Source: a virus (lineage: Duplodnaviria > Caudoviricetes). From it: a stretch of DNA of 64,000 nt. The notes beneath the pieces are model-generated. The model did not search any database. It saw nothing but the letters and a program-made list of their open reading frames with translations, and had not been told where the DNA came from. The stretch lies in IMG/VR virus record IMGVR_UViG_3300035492_000236, one strand, 5' to 3'. The position numbers and the translations under genes are program-made. Shown here piece by piece: positions 48,124 through 57,664 of this stretch (position 1 is its first letter; each line of letters opens with the position of its first letter).

Positions 48124-48629
48124 GTGGTTTTCCCCTGCTTTATTTTTCTCACCGTGACCAGGCGCCCTTCCTGGATCGCTTGCTCGGTGATATACTTACA
48201 TTCCTTACTTAACCCTTGGGTGATCACAACGACGACATGGGATGCGGCCACCATGCGCCGATCGCGCGCTTTGGTTAAGCGCACAGACGGTTGGGTCCAC
48301 TCTTCGATTTGACCAGAGTCGTGTATGTCCACCTCAATGTGATTGCGTGTTGCATATTGACGCACAATAGCTTCAACGCCGTCATGTTGCCCAGTTTGAA
48401 TGCGCACATTGACCTTGCGTTCAAAAATAGACAAGATAGAAGTAATGCAGTTGGATACCGCCGCTTTATCTGTCAGATCGCTATCGCCTGTGATGGCGAC
48501 AGACACCTGGTCCATGGTGTCAGGATCAAGTCCTGCAAAAAACAGTTCTGCATGACCGACGTTTGTGTGCGAAAATAACCCACCGTGTTCCAAGGTGTCA
48601 AGTAGCTTGTCAAAGATGGGATTGCGCAT
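48120..48629 (-). CDS. SLOG-family (YspA/DUF2493-like) protein
   Basis: VAITGDSD...QTGQHDGVEAIVRQYA...ARDRRMV...VVVITQGLSKECKY pattern. Confidence 0.6.
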   Translation of the reverse strand: MRNPIFDKLLDTLEHGGLFSHTNVGHAELFFAGLDPDTMDQVSVAITGDSDLTDKAAVSNCITSILSIFERKVNVRIQTGQHDGVEAIVRQYATRNHIEVDIHDSGQIEEWTQPSVRLTKARDRRMVAASHVVVVITQGLSKECKYITEQAIQEGRLVTVRKIKQGKTT

Positions 48630-48967
48630 TATCTATCCAACTTAATATAAGTGGGGAAATAGCGGTCCATCAAGTTGCGGATCCAACCAGCTACATCTTG
48701 GGACCGGTTCAAAGTCCCCAGGCTATTGCGGGCTCGACGAACTTCTTCGTGCAGTCGCTGATTATCACGTCCACGATGCTCACGATAACGGGACAACAAC
48801 TGCCAGTTCAGAAAACTGTTGATATCTCGCACTTCTTCGTGCCAGTGGGTATTAATAGAACGGGTGCGCGACTTCCAATCGTGGTAGGCTTCGCGCAGCT
48901 CGCAACTGAGTTCAGGATATTGGTACTGGATCTCCAGTTCCAATTCCCGCATAATGCGTCCAGTCAT
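48629..48967 (-). CDS. Hypothetical protein
   Basis: GGAG RBS; packed. Confidence 0.6.
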   Translation of the reverse strand: MTGRIMRELELEIQYQYPELSCELREAYHDWKSRTRSINTHWHEEVRDINSFLNWQLLSRYREHRGRDNQRLHEEVRRARNSLGTLNRSQDVAGWIRNLMDRYFPTYIKLDR

Positions 48968-49004
48968 AATAACTCCTAGGCGGGGACTACCCCGCCCGTT
49001 GTTG

Positions 49005-50456
49005 TCACTTTGAACAGGAGAGCATCTTAGGTTTAAGGTTGCCCAATGCCATGTCCAACAGTGTCATAATGGTGATAGTGGGCTTGCCAATCTCTTCCTC
49101 TTGGTCTTGGAAGTACCAGTACTCAACCGTGTCTTGGAGGATCTGGTTCCAGTCAAAGCCCCGTTCTTTGATTTTGTCGTACAGCTCCTGCGCACTCATC
49201 CGATATTCAGGGTCAAGGTGGAACCAGTTCATGTTGATATATGCCAGAGACGCAGTGATGGCCATGGCTCGTTTGAACTTGGCATTGGCCTCGAGCAGCT
49301 CGCGCAGGTTCTTCCGGGTGAATGTTACCTCCGGGTAGATATCGAGCTTCTTGAACGCCCCACCTGAGCCGGAGGATGTCACGCCAAACTCCTTCGCATG
49401 TTCGCGAATGTAGTTAAATTCAGTTACACCGACCAGTAGGCCTTCGATTTGTGAAAAAGCGATTTCGATGCTGGCGCCAGTTGGACCGGATTTGCCTCGC
49501 AGTTCAGTGAATTCAATGAACCGCAAGTCGGTGTCGCCCACACGCGGTTCCACGTCCGGGTGGGGGTATTCTGGCATCTTATCGGATTTGTTGAGACCGT
49601 TACGAAACCCGGTGGCCAACAATACACTGTTCGGCAGGAAACTAAATCCGCGTCCAGGTACGCCTTTGAACTTCAGGTTGCCTTTCAACCCTTCCAACTT
49701 CTTCTGGGAGGGGGCGTACATGTCCATCTTCAGTTCGTCATCCGCGTGAGCGATCAGGCCAAAGTAGTAGTTACCACGCGCCGCCACGGTAGGCATCTGC
49801 TTCATCAGCTGTGCTTTGGAGCGTGCATCATCCATAGCTTCAGTGTTCAGGTCAGACTCACCCACGGTGCCTTTGTCGTACTTCTTCTCAACGGAGCCAG
49901 TGTGGAATTCTGACAAGGAATCGACGGTAAAGATCCACGGGTTGAGCATGGTGGCGTAGGTGCCGTCCATTTCTTTGAATGGAGTGATGCGATGATCTTT
50001 CTCTTTGATTTTTTCACGGTTGGCCAGTTCACCCCGACAGTTGTCCCGCCACCACAGCTCGCCCGGCTGTACCGCGGAGTTGGTCATGTTCCACGGGGTG
50101 TCAGGGTCGTCCAGCAACTGAAGGATGTCAGGCCGCTCTTCCCAGTGATGGTCGCGTACTACGCTGTCAATGTAGTCTTGTATGCGTCCAACTTTCATTG
50201 ACAGTTCTGAATCGTAAAACTCGGTGTATTCGAACTGGTACCGCAATGAGGCAGTGGAGGCCAGTGTACACGACAGCGCTGACTTGAACGTATTGCCGCG
50301 TCCGCCGAAGCCCATGATTTGTCCATACCCGCCATCGAGGTACCAGAGGTTATCTTTTCCTTTCAGAAAACGACCGGTCATCAAGTCCAAGATGGAGAAG
50401 ACGTTAAACCGTGGGCGGATGGTTTTCGCACGAACGCGTGAGCTAGGTCCAGCCAT
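49005..50456 (-). CDS. uvsX: UvsX/RecA-like recombinase (phiKZ gp152-like)
   Basis: Walker A GRGNTFKS, YDSE, Walker B FTVDSLS; synteny. Confidence 0.88.
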   Translation of the reverse strand: MAGPSSRVRAKTIRPRFNVFSILDLMTGRFLKGKDNLWYLDGGYGQIMGFGGRGNTFKSALSCTLASTASLRYQFEYTEFYDSELSMKVGRIQDYIDSVVRDHHWEERPDILQLLDDPDTPWNMTNSAVQPGELWWRDNCRGELANREKIKEKDHRITPFKEMDGTYATMLNPWIFTVDSLSEFHTGSVEKKYDKGTVGESDLNTEAMDDARSKAQLMKQMPTVAARGNYYFGLIAHADDELKMDMYAPSQKKLEGLKGNLKFKGVPGRGFSFLPNSVLLATGFRNGLNKSDKMPEYPHPDVEPRVGDTDLRFIEFTELRGKSGPTGASIEIAFSQIEGLLVGVTEFNYIREHAKEFGVTSSGSGGAFKKLDIYPEVTFTRKNLRELLEANAKFKRAMAITASLAYINMNWFHLDPEYRMSAQELYDKIKERGFDWNQILQDTVEYWYFQDQEEEIGKPTITIMTLLDMALGNLKPKMLSCSK

Positions 50457-50549
50457 GTTATCATTTCCCCTTTAATCATTCTATGTGTGGTTCATTCAAA
50501 AGATGATGTCCTATCCTAAAAAATAAACTTTTTGTGAGGTACTAACCTG

Positions 50550-51401
50550 ATGCAAACGTTACCTAAGCTCATTGAGCTCCAACGACTCAATGTTGCGATC
50601 GAACACGAGGCCGCGTCCAGCTTTTATGAGAACTTCGCACGGGTGTTTAAAAACTCCCTATTTGGGCGCATGTCTGAACGGGTTAGCGAACTGTTCGGCA
50701 AGAACATGGCCAGTCATTACAGCTGGTCGCCAAGGGTTGAGCAAGATCTGCTTGCGTGGGCGGACCGGGAGTCTTATATGGTACTGGGCGATGTGACACT
50801 GTTTGTACCAGTCGGTCTGAAAGTGACGTACCTGGAGTACTTGGACGCACTGGAAAATGCACTGCCGCATATTCTCAAGCTGAACGAAGAGCTACTCCAG
50901 CCAGCCATCGAGACCGTGGGTGTGCTGATCAACAATCCCGGCCTGGCGGCGTCCAAATCCGGTCTCAAAGGCACTGCCTTCACTGGCAAACTGTTTGGGG
51001 TTAAGCCGGAAGACGTGGCCAAAGAAATCAGCAAGTGTTTCGATGCAGCGAGCCGCGATGACACCGCCAAATACAAACAGGTGCTGAAGCGAAACCAAGA
51101 CCTGTCCGTGACCGTGCAGCGACTGGCTCAACTCCAGGACAACTTGCCACTCAGCCATATGCAAGCTGTCGAGCGCAACATGCGACAGTTGATACAGCTG
51201 GCCGATGAGCTGGTAACGCAAATGAAAGACGATGAGCGCTATCAATCGCTCTCACCGAAGATGGGTGGAATGATCTCCGATCAGCTGTACCAATGCGCGG
51301 TGTGGGTAGAGTTCTTTGCTGTCTACCAACGTCAGGTGCTGGTGTTGAGCACTGCACTGGAAGACAGTGTGAAGAAACTGAAAAAGATCTCAAAAAAATA
51401 A
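50550..51401 (+). CDS. Virion protein (phiKZ gp153-like)
   Basis: 283 aa with GAGG RBS, divergent from UvsX; IEHE/A sequence resembles a head-protease processing site. Confidence 0.7.
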   Translation: MQTLPKLIELQRLNVAIEHEAASSFYENFARVFKNSLFGRMSERVSELFGKNMASHYSWSPRVEQDLLAWADRESYMVLGDVTLFVPVGLKVTYLEYLDALENALPHILKLNEELLQPAIETVGVLINNPGLAASKSGLKGTAFTGKLFGVKPEDVAKEISKCFDAASRDDTAKYKQVLKRNQDLSVTVQRLAQLQDNLPLSHMQAVERNMRQLIQLADELVTQMKDDERYQSLSPKMGGMISDQLYQCAVWVEFFAVYQRQVLVLSTALEDSVKKLKKISKK

Positions 51402-51444
51402 AAAAAAAAGAACCGTCGGGAGGGCTAGCGTCCTCCCGCGTTTT
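51401..51444. terminator. Bidirectional intrinsic terminator
   Basis: A-tract, CGGGAGG/CCTCCCG stem, TTTT. Confidence 0.75.
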
Positions 51445-51467
51445 GTGCAGATACCGAACGATCAGAC

Positions 51468-51485
51468 TATATATCTGAGATTACT
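51468..51485 (-). promoter_or_regulatory. Putative early-promoter motif
   Basis: Minus strand AGTAATCTCAGATATATA; TAATCTCAGATATATA is identical to the copy at 6164-6186. Confidence 0.5.
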
Positions 51486-51515
51486 GTTACTGACGATAGC
51501 CAGATATGACGAAGG

Positions 51516-52097
51516 CTACCGCTGCCCTGCCTTTTTATACCTAGGACCTATACCGCGCAACTTTTCCCGTGTGATGCCAGTCAGGGTCAGTGTAGCACCG
51601 CCACGTCGAACTGTAACATCGCAGTCCACATCATACAAACCCAGCCGGTACAGATCTGCTGTAATGACGTTCTCGATCTCAGCATAGGCGTCGAAGTGCG
51701 GTAGACACTCCTGCACCATCCACGCGACGGTTACAGGTGAGAGGTCGTTGGGTCCGTACGGGTCATCCTCGTCGTCAATGGTCTCCAACATTCCCGCGGC
51801 AAGTCGACTACCATCTTCCGCCAACTCTTGCAGGTCTTGTGGGCTCAGTTCGATGTACGCACCTTCTGCAAACACCAACGGTCCGGTGATGTCCAATAGC
51901 GCCCGGTAGCGGTGCATGTTGTAACTGCCGTTCATGATGTATGAAATCAGCTCCTCAACTTGCATGATGAAACAATCGTACACTAGCTGTCGTGCGGCAT
52001 CAGAAAATACCCCCAGGTCATGATCGGATTCTATTTTCGTCCAAAGTCGACGAATCGCATCACGGGATCGCCGTCCCAAGTTTAAAGTTACTTCCAT
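51516..52097 (-). CDS. Hypothetical protein (possible paralog of 52088..52528)
   Basis: GGAG RBS; shared N-terminal pattern. Confidence 0.7.
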   Translation of the reverse strand: MEVTLNLGRRSRDAIRRLWTKIESDHDLGVFSDAARQLVYDCFIMQVEELISYIMNGSYNMHRYRALLDITGPLVFAEGAYIELSPQDLQELAEDGSRLAAGMLETIDDEDDPYGPNDLSPVTVAWMVQECLPHFDAYAEIENVITADLYRLGLYDVDCDVTVRRGGATLTLTGITREKLRGIGPRYKKAGQR

Positions 52098-52528
52098 GTC
52101 TCCACCCTCACCCTAACATAGTTTAGTGCTGGACTGACGTACACTCGATCGATGGCCAATGCATCATCAGGTACTGACCGTTCGTAAAGTTTCCGTAATG
52201 GAGCTAACAACATACATAGCTCTGCCGGTCTTGGGATGGTGTGACCAAAGAAGTCAGACAGACTCTCATGTGAGCCAACCTCGCGCCACACACTGGCGAA
52301 ATCTGCAAACCGTGCAGTGGGCATGTCATAGCTCAGCATTGTGTCGATACATTCCTCAATGGCCAACCTAAACACCCTCGTGTACAGACTGTGCATGTGG
52401 TCCCCTTCCGACAGTCCCAGCTCTAATACCCCAGCGGAGTATAAACTTCGCAGGTTGTCACGCACATCCGGCGGGATGTCTATGGTGACGTCAATGACAC
52501 GATAATCGTTACTCACGACAAACTCCAA
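52088..52528 (-). CDS. Hypothetical protein
   Basis: ORF below a promoter-like motif (52545-52569); start uncertain. Confidence 0.65.
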   Translation of the reverse strand: MEFVVSNDYRVIDVTIDIPPDVRDNLRSLYSAGVLELGLSEGDHMHSLYTRVFRLAIEECIDTMLSYDMPTARFADFASVWREVGSHESLSDFFGHTIPRPAELCMLLAPLRKLYERSVPDDALAIDRVYVSPALNYVRVRVETWK

Positions 52529-52573
52529 GATAGTTAGTTCATGATAATAACATATAACTGAAATAAAAACCGG

Positions 52574-52595
52574 TCAGGGACCCGAAGGTCCCTGA
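52574..52595 (-). terminator. Intrinsic terminator
   Basis: TCAGGGACC/GGTCCCTGA stem, then a T-rich run on the minus strand. Confidence 0.65.
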
Positions 52596-52601
52596 TGGCG
52601 G

Positions 52602-52994
52602 TTAGGATATTGTTGTCTTTTGCCGTTGTTCTTTCCACGCAGTTTGCCGCAAAATCAGATCGATCATGTCATCAGTGCGCCAGTCGGGCAGCCGAAAGGC
52701 ATCCTTACGGAAGTGTGGGTTTGGTACGTATTGCGGCGTCCACCAGCGTACGGGCCATTTCCATTTAGTCTTCCGGCAGAGTCCGTTGATAACCCGCTGC
52801 GTAAGTGTAAGTCGCTTTGGCACTACCCGCGGTGGTTCCAGCAACACACCCAAGTTATTGTACACTTCGGCATACTCCACTTTACATAACCAGTTACCCT
52901 CTGCCTTTCGCGACATGGGAACTTGCTCGTACTCCAATCGTCCCGCGTCCGGACCACTCATCACCACATAGTACGGCTTCCTTACAGTATCCAT
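52602..52994 (-). CDS. Hypothetical protein
   Basis: GAGGAG RBS. Confidence 0.7.
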   Translation of the reverse strand: MDTVRKPYYVVMSGPDAGRLEYEQVPMSRKAEGNWLCKVEYAEVYNNLGVLLEPPRVVPKRLTLTQRVINGLCRKTKWKWPVRWWTPQYVPNPHFRKDAFRLPDWRTDDMIDLILRQTAWKEQRQKTTIS

Positions 52995-54610
52995 GCTTGC
53001 TCCTCAGTAGACAAGATACGCTTATTGCGATACACGCCGGCCCAAATGCCCACGCCGTCATCGCAATCAAGTACAAAACCATAATTGTACAGAATGCGTG
53101 AGAACTTCCACGTCACAATATAAACTTTGGGGTTCTTGTCGGTAAGCTTTGCCAGCATGTTTCGTGACGGCAAATCGATTCCCCGCGCCAGGATTAACTT
53201 CACCGGCTTGCTTACTCCGTCCAGATTCGCTTGGACCTCGATGGAGCGGTCGACGTTGGTGTAGAACTCAGTGAGCTTGACAGCACCCGCCTCTCCGTTC
53301 TTCTTGACCTCCTGCTGGAAAAACGCGTCAGTCAGGTCGGTCAGCGCAATCTTGGTCTGTGAGGGGTTGTCGTCGCCATCCACGATGCAACCCTTAGTCA
53401 TCAGGTAAGCATTGAGAATGTCCCGCAGGTTACGCTCTTCGTCCAACACCCGGTACGATAATCGCGGCGGTCTTTGCACTTTCGCCACCAGCTCCTTGTC
53501 GATAGTTAACAGGTCGTCATGGTCATTGCCCATCCACAGGCACTCTCTGCCCGCACGCTTCAACTCCCAGATAATCCGCGGCGACATGATCGACGACACG
53601 TTGACCATGCCGACCAAGGCCGACTGATACATCTCACACTGTGTGGTCCACATGTTGTTCCGATGATAATCTAACAGCTCATCGATTAACGCAGGCCGCT
53701 CCTTTGACAATACCACAGAGAAGCCCGCATCGGGGATAATCTTACCTAGCAGTTCAACGTCATCTTTGTTCTTAGAATGGTCGCCCAAGAAATACTGATG
53801 GTAGGTTTCGCCATCGATATCAACCTGCTGCCGCTCTTCCGACGTTAACGCATAACACCACTTTTGGTGCAGCATGGGCGGTACTGGTTTCTCCGGCTCC
53901 CAGTAGTCCTGGTCGTGCACGTCGGTGGCGATCCAGTGGTTAGTCGGCTTGCCGTTAATACCGGCCACGACAGCAAAGGTGGCGTTGCGGTCCGCCGACT
54001 CATTTCCGAAGTGCCCTTTATGGGCCTTGATCTTTTTCACTTCCAGCCGGTCTTTCCATACCTCGAGCAACTTATCGATGCGTTGCCAGATTTCCAGGTT
54101 CTTAATTTCAGTCCCGTCTGCTCTGCACCAATTGCGCGCCTTCCAGTTGACCAGGTCGCGACGAATGCCGTCGACCAGATACTGACTGTCGGAATATACT
54201 AACATGTACTCCACATCCAGTTTGTCAGTTTCCAGGACCTGGCACAATGCTTCCAATTCCCCTACTTGAGAGGTGCCGTCGGGGAAAGAAATCCAGGCAT
54301 CGACGATAGCGATGTCAGCCCCCTCTTTAGTAACTCTACAGACACCATCATCGGCTTTCAAACTGATTTTCTGATCCCACTGCTCATAGGTCGGGTTGTG
54401 TTTTTCGTCTTTCAGCTCCGGGCCGGTTGGTTTGGGATGGTAACCTGTCGGGGTGATGATGTTGGGTACTTTACTGTAACGGACGGTGGGAAGTTCGTTA
54501 TATAGGTAACCATGAATACCGGAGCCGCCGGAGCCACGATGAGTTCCTTCACGTCGACCACCGTCAGTGTACATCACTGCGTATTTGTATTTAAGAGGTT
54601 GGGTTATCAT
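52982..54610 (-). CDS. rnhA: Ribonuclease HI (phiKZ gp155-like, long form)
   Basis: YTDGG, ELEA, YSDSQY and KAHKGHFGNESAD RNase H motifs. Confidence 0.92.
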   Translation of the reverse strand: MITQPLKYKYAVMYTDGGRREGTHRGSGGSGIHGYLYNELPTVRYSKVPNIITPTGYHPKPTGPELKDEKHNPTYEQWDQKISLKADDGVCRVTKEGADIAIVDAWISFPDGTSQVGELEALCQVLETDKLDVEYMLVYSDSQYLVDGIRRDLVNWKARNWCRADGTEIKNLEIWQRIDKLLEVWKDRLEVKKIKAHKGHFGNESADRNATFAVVAGINGKPTNHWIATDVHDQDYWEPEKPVPPMLHQKWCYALTSEERQQVDIDGETYHQYFLGDHSKNKDDVELLGKIIPDAGFSVVLSKERPALIDELLDYHRNNMWTTQCEMYQSALVGMVNVSSIMSPRIIWELKRAGRECLWMGNDHDDLLTIDKELVAKVQRPPRLSYRVLDEERNLRDILNAYLMTKGCIVDGDDNPSQTKIALTDLTDAFFQQEVKKNGEAGAVKLTEFYTNVDRSIEVQANLDGVSKPVKLILARGIDLPSRNMLAKLTDKNPKVYIVTWKFSRILYNYGFVLDCDDGVGIWAGVYRNKRILSTEEQAWIL

Positions 54611-55301
54611 GCTCAGGTTCCACTATCGGAATAATACTGTCAGAAACAGAAGTCCACTTTTCGACTTCTTTTAACATACCATCGTAACCGATGGTTTTTA
54701 TTAAGTGCAGACAATGGTACATGCGTGCAGTTTCGTACCCTTCATAGCCGGCGTCATATACCGCCACATGCGGAATCCGTTCCGGGTAGTTCCAGAATCG
54801 CTGTATTTCGATGTCACTAATCGGGGGTATTTCCAGACCGTGATTAACACGCTCCACGGTCCGAGATGAGTCTAGAGGGCGGGCATGGAGTGGGGTACGG
54901 TACATACCTAACTGCCGCAACGCATGGCGAAGAATCACATAGTCAAAGTCCGGCCCCTTCATCGGCATGGCAAACTTGCCGTAAGGAAGCGATCGGAAGT
55001 AACTGTCGACCTGTTTCATGCCTTCGTTGAAGGTCGTGCGTCCATGCCAGGTCATGTCGTGTGCCAACTGTGTGGGGTGGCCTTCGCCGCGCCCGGCCCA
55101 CCAGTCGAGGGTCTGAGGGCTGCTAGTGCGACTGGCCTGTTCAGGGTCCTCGGGATCGAAGGTCACGTTTAGCACACTAACCGGCTTCAAGGTGTAGTTA
55201 TCGAACATCACCGCACCAACGGACAGGAGGTAGGCAGAGGCTTCAGTGTCCTTGGTCTCAATGTCCGCGCCGACTGTGTATCTGGGAATCGTTATACGCA
55301 T
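54591..55301 (-). CDS. DEDD-family 3'-5' exonuclease
   Basis: DIET, LLSVGAV, TLDWW, GPDFD and HVAVYDA motifs. Confidence 0.82.
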   Translation of the reverse strand: MRITIPRYTVGADIETKDTEASAYLLSVGAVMFDNYTLKPVSVLNVTFDPEDPEQASRTSSPQTLDWWAGRGEGHPTQLAHDMTWHGRTTFNEGMKQVDSYFRSLPYGKFAMPMKGPDFDYVILRHALRQLGMYRTPLHARPLDSSRTVERVNHGLEIPPISDIEIQRFWNYPERIPHVAVYDAGYEGYETARMYHCLHLIKTIGYDGMLKEVEKWTSVSDSIIPIVEPEHDNPTS

Positions 55302-55364
55302 AATGAACTAATCCAAAGTTAGCGGGGTCTATAGTATCGATAACTTAGTAATAAATAAAAATAA

Positions 55365-55388
55365 CGATGGGGACCGAAGTCCCCATCG
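55365..55388 (-). terminator. Intrinsic terminator
   Basis: CGATGGGGAC/GTCCCCATCG stem, T-rich downstream on the minus strand. Confidence 0.7.
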
Positions 55389-55396
55389 CACGTTGG

Positions 55397-55846
55397 TTAA
55401 TATACGCAAAACTTTAATTGGGTCTGGTAGGCCCTGCGCACTGTGACCACGTCGCGATTATGACGCAGTCGCAACTCGCGAATAAAGTCGGTCAGGTCCC
55501 ACTCGAAGTCGTCACGACGTCCTTGACGGCGTCGCTCAAACGTGGGGAATGGCTCCAGCTGCGGCGGTTCAGTGAGACGACAGAGCGCTGGATCGGCAGG
55601 GGGCGTCCATCCTAAGCTGACTGCGTACTGGTTCAGGTTTTTCGTGTAAGCAAATAAATAACCCAAGTACAGGTTCATGTCATCTGCGTACTGGCGGATC
55701 TCTTCACGCGTGGGTGAGTCTTCCCTCTGCGTGATTAATTGGGGTGGTTGGGTAACTATACCGATAGGGATAGTGGTCGTATCTCGGTTTAGGACGCAGC
55801 CCCCCAACTGCGCCACTATGAGCAACGCCAAAAGTAATCTCATCAT
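55397..55846 (-). CDS. Putative lipoprotein (o-spanin-like candidate)
   Basis: Lipobox LGGC after a hydrophobic leader; Pro-rich mature region. Confidence 0.55.
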   Translation of the reverse strand: MMRLLLALLIVAQLGGCVLNRDTTTIPIGIVTQPPQLITQREDSPTREEIRQYADDMNLYLGYLFAYTKNLNQYAVSLGWTPPADPALCRLTEPPQLEPFPTFERRRQGRRDDFEWDLTDFIRELRLRHNRDVVTVRRAYQTQLKFCVY

Positions 55847-55850
55847 TACC

Positions 55851-56267
55851 TCAGTTTGTTCCGTTGATCCAGTCGATCATCCGATCCTGATTCACTGTCC
55901 GTGTATCCTCCTCTCTGACAACGAGCCGATTGCGGTCACCGCGTTTATCATATGGCTCGGGCGTCTTAGGCGGCTCTTCAACAGCTGATCGTGAATGCGC
56001 ATGCACCAATTCGCCGATACGCAGTTGTTGAGCCTCGACGGTGTCATTCAGGTGCGCGATGGTGGTGTTCAGCCGGACGTTCTCGCCATGCAAGACGAAG
56101 AACTGCTCACCAACATACACCAGCATGCAGAACAGGCTGACGATCACCAGTACGCTAACGCGTTCCAGTACCGTACTGCGCTTGTTCTCTGCCTGAGGAT
56201 TGAGGATCTCTTTGCCGTACTCCAAGAGAATCGGAAGAAGTACTTTTATCCAAGATAAGGCTCCCAT
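55851..56267 (-). CDS. Membrane protein with coiled coil (i-spanin-like candidate)
   Basis: Single TM segment followed by a heptad-like region; directly upstream of the lipoprotein. Confidence 0.5.
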   Translation of the reverse strand: MGALSWIKVLLPILLEYGKEILNPQAENKRSTVLERVSVLVIVSLFCMLVYVGEQFFVLHGENVRLNTTIAHLNDTVEAQQLRIGELVHAHSRSAVEEPPKTPEPYDKRGDRNRLVVREEDTRTVNQDRMIDWINGTN

Positions 56268-56326
56268 ATCAGTTTTACCTTCTATTTCATGTGTTACCTA
56301 TTAAAAAATGGCTTTGGAGTGCATTT

Positions 56327-57649
56327 ATGTTTACCTTGAAAGGGTTTATATCCATTACTGCGTTGGCAAACAACACGCCTAACCTCGTGTCTCCTCTTGG
56401 TGAATTGTCGAGCGTATCAGAAAGTTACGCCCGCGAAAAGGGCTTCTATAACAAAGCGGACGCGCCGAATGTTCAGCTGGTAACGTTCACCAGTGAACGA
56501 GACGGTAATGTGATCACCACACCGGCCGCGTTTCACAGTCACGTCCTGACGATTGCTCAGTGGGTGTTTAATAACGCAGTCAGTAATACCATCAACGACG
56601 ATCCTGAAGCGTTTCGTCAACTACTACTCACCCAATTCGGCGTCGACATTAAAAACGTGGAAGTGGGTAAGATGGTGGTGGCCAAATCCAACTGGATGCC
56701 CTCTTATATTCAATGGACACTGGATAAAGCCGGCGTCGAAGAAAACACCATCCGAATTTGGTTTGCTGACGAAGCGTTCCAAAACCAGTATGATGATTAC
56801 GAAATCATTGTCATTCCGCCCATTGAGCCCGTGGACACATTCCAGAAAGTTAAGTCAGTGGTACAGACCGCGTTGGCGACGTTTAACCAACCAGACCATC
56901 TCCTCAAAGTGCTGGAAAAGACAGATGGGGTACCGTACACCTACCTGATCTCGAAAGAATACGACTGGTACGATCGTGAAGATCCAACTGCGACCCTTCC
57001 CACCACCTGGTCGGTGGCGGTGTATGGAATCGCTGGTAGAAACCCGATTGTGATCAAAGAAGCCATCGCCGACTACATCCTTGAGAATTCCGCGTATGGT
57101 CGTCCCGATTGGATACCGGTGTTTCCGGATATCTTCACCTCCACCGAGTTCGTGTTCGTTCCGATGTGGCACCGTAACAGCATTCCCGATGAAACAGTAA
57201 GGGGGTCCTTGTACTCTCCTTTGGTTTCATATAATGATGCGCTCGCAGTCACTAACATGTTCGTGAAATACACTAAAGCCGGGCATGTGCAGGAGAATTT
57301 AGAGTTTGGTACAGTGCATTTTAAATCGCTGGCATTCACCGTGGTGGGTGGCCAAGATAACCGGAATGCGGTGTTTAATCTCAGCGCTTATTTCCCGGAC
57401 TATGCCCTGATCCCGAGCACATCTATCGAATTCAATCGGATGTCGGCGGACACTGTGGAATGGATGACCATGTTTGTGCGGGCGGTGATTACTGCTGAGG
57501 AGATGGATGAGTATTCTTACGTTGATGTGGAGTTTTCGCGCATTGAACGTGACGGAAACATGTACATCGGCTTCTCGCATGAGAACGTGCTGTACTTGAT
57601 CTTGACACGCAACGCGCTGTTGGAAGGTCTGGCTGCTAACGCTGGCTAA
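56327..57649 (+). CDS. Conserved virion structural protein (phiKZ-like)
   Basis: GGAG RBS before MFTLKGF; conserved block position. Confidence 0.72.
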   Translation: MFTLKGFISITALANNTPNLVSPLGELSSVSESYAREKGFYNKADAPNVQLVTFTSERDGNVITTPAAFHSHVLTIAQWVFNNAVSNTINDDPEAFRQLLLTQFGVDIKNVEVGKMVVAKSNWMPSYIQWTLDKAGVEENTIRIWFADEAFQNQYDDYEIIVIPPIEPVDTFQKVKSVVQTALATFNQPDHLLKVLEKTDGVPYTYLISKEYDWYDREDPTATLPTTWSVAVYGIAGRNPIVIKEAIADYILENSAYGRPDWIPVFPDIFTSTEFVFVPMWHRNSIPDETVRGSLYSPLVSYNDALAVTNMFVKYTKAGHVQENLEFGTVHFKSLAFTVVGGQDNRNAVFNLSAYFPDYALIPSTSIEFNRMSADTVEWMTMFVRAVITAEEMDEYSYVDVEFSRIERDGNMYIGFSHENVLYLILTRNALLEGLAANAG

Positions 57650-57664
57650 CTCGTAGGAGGATAA

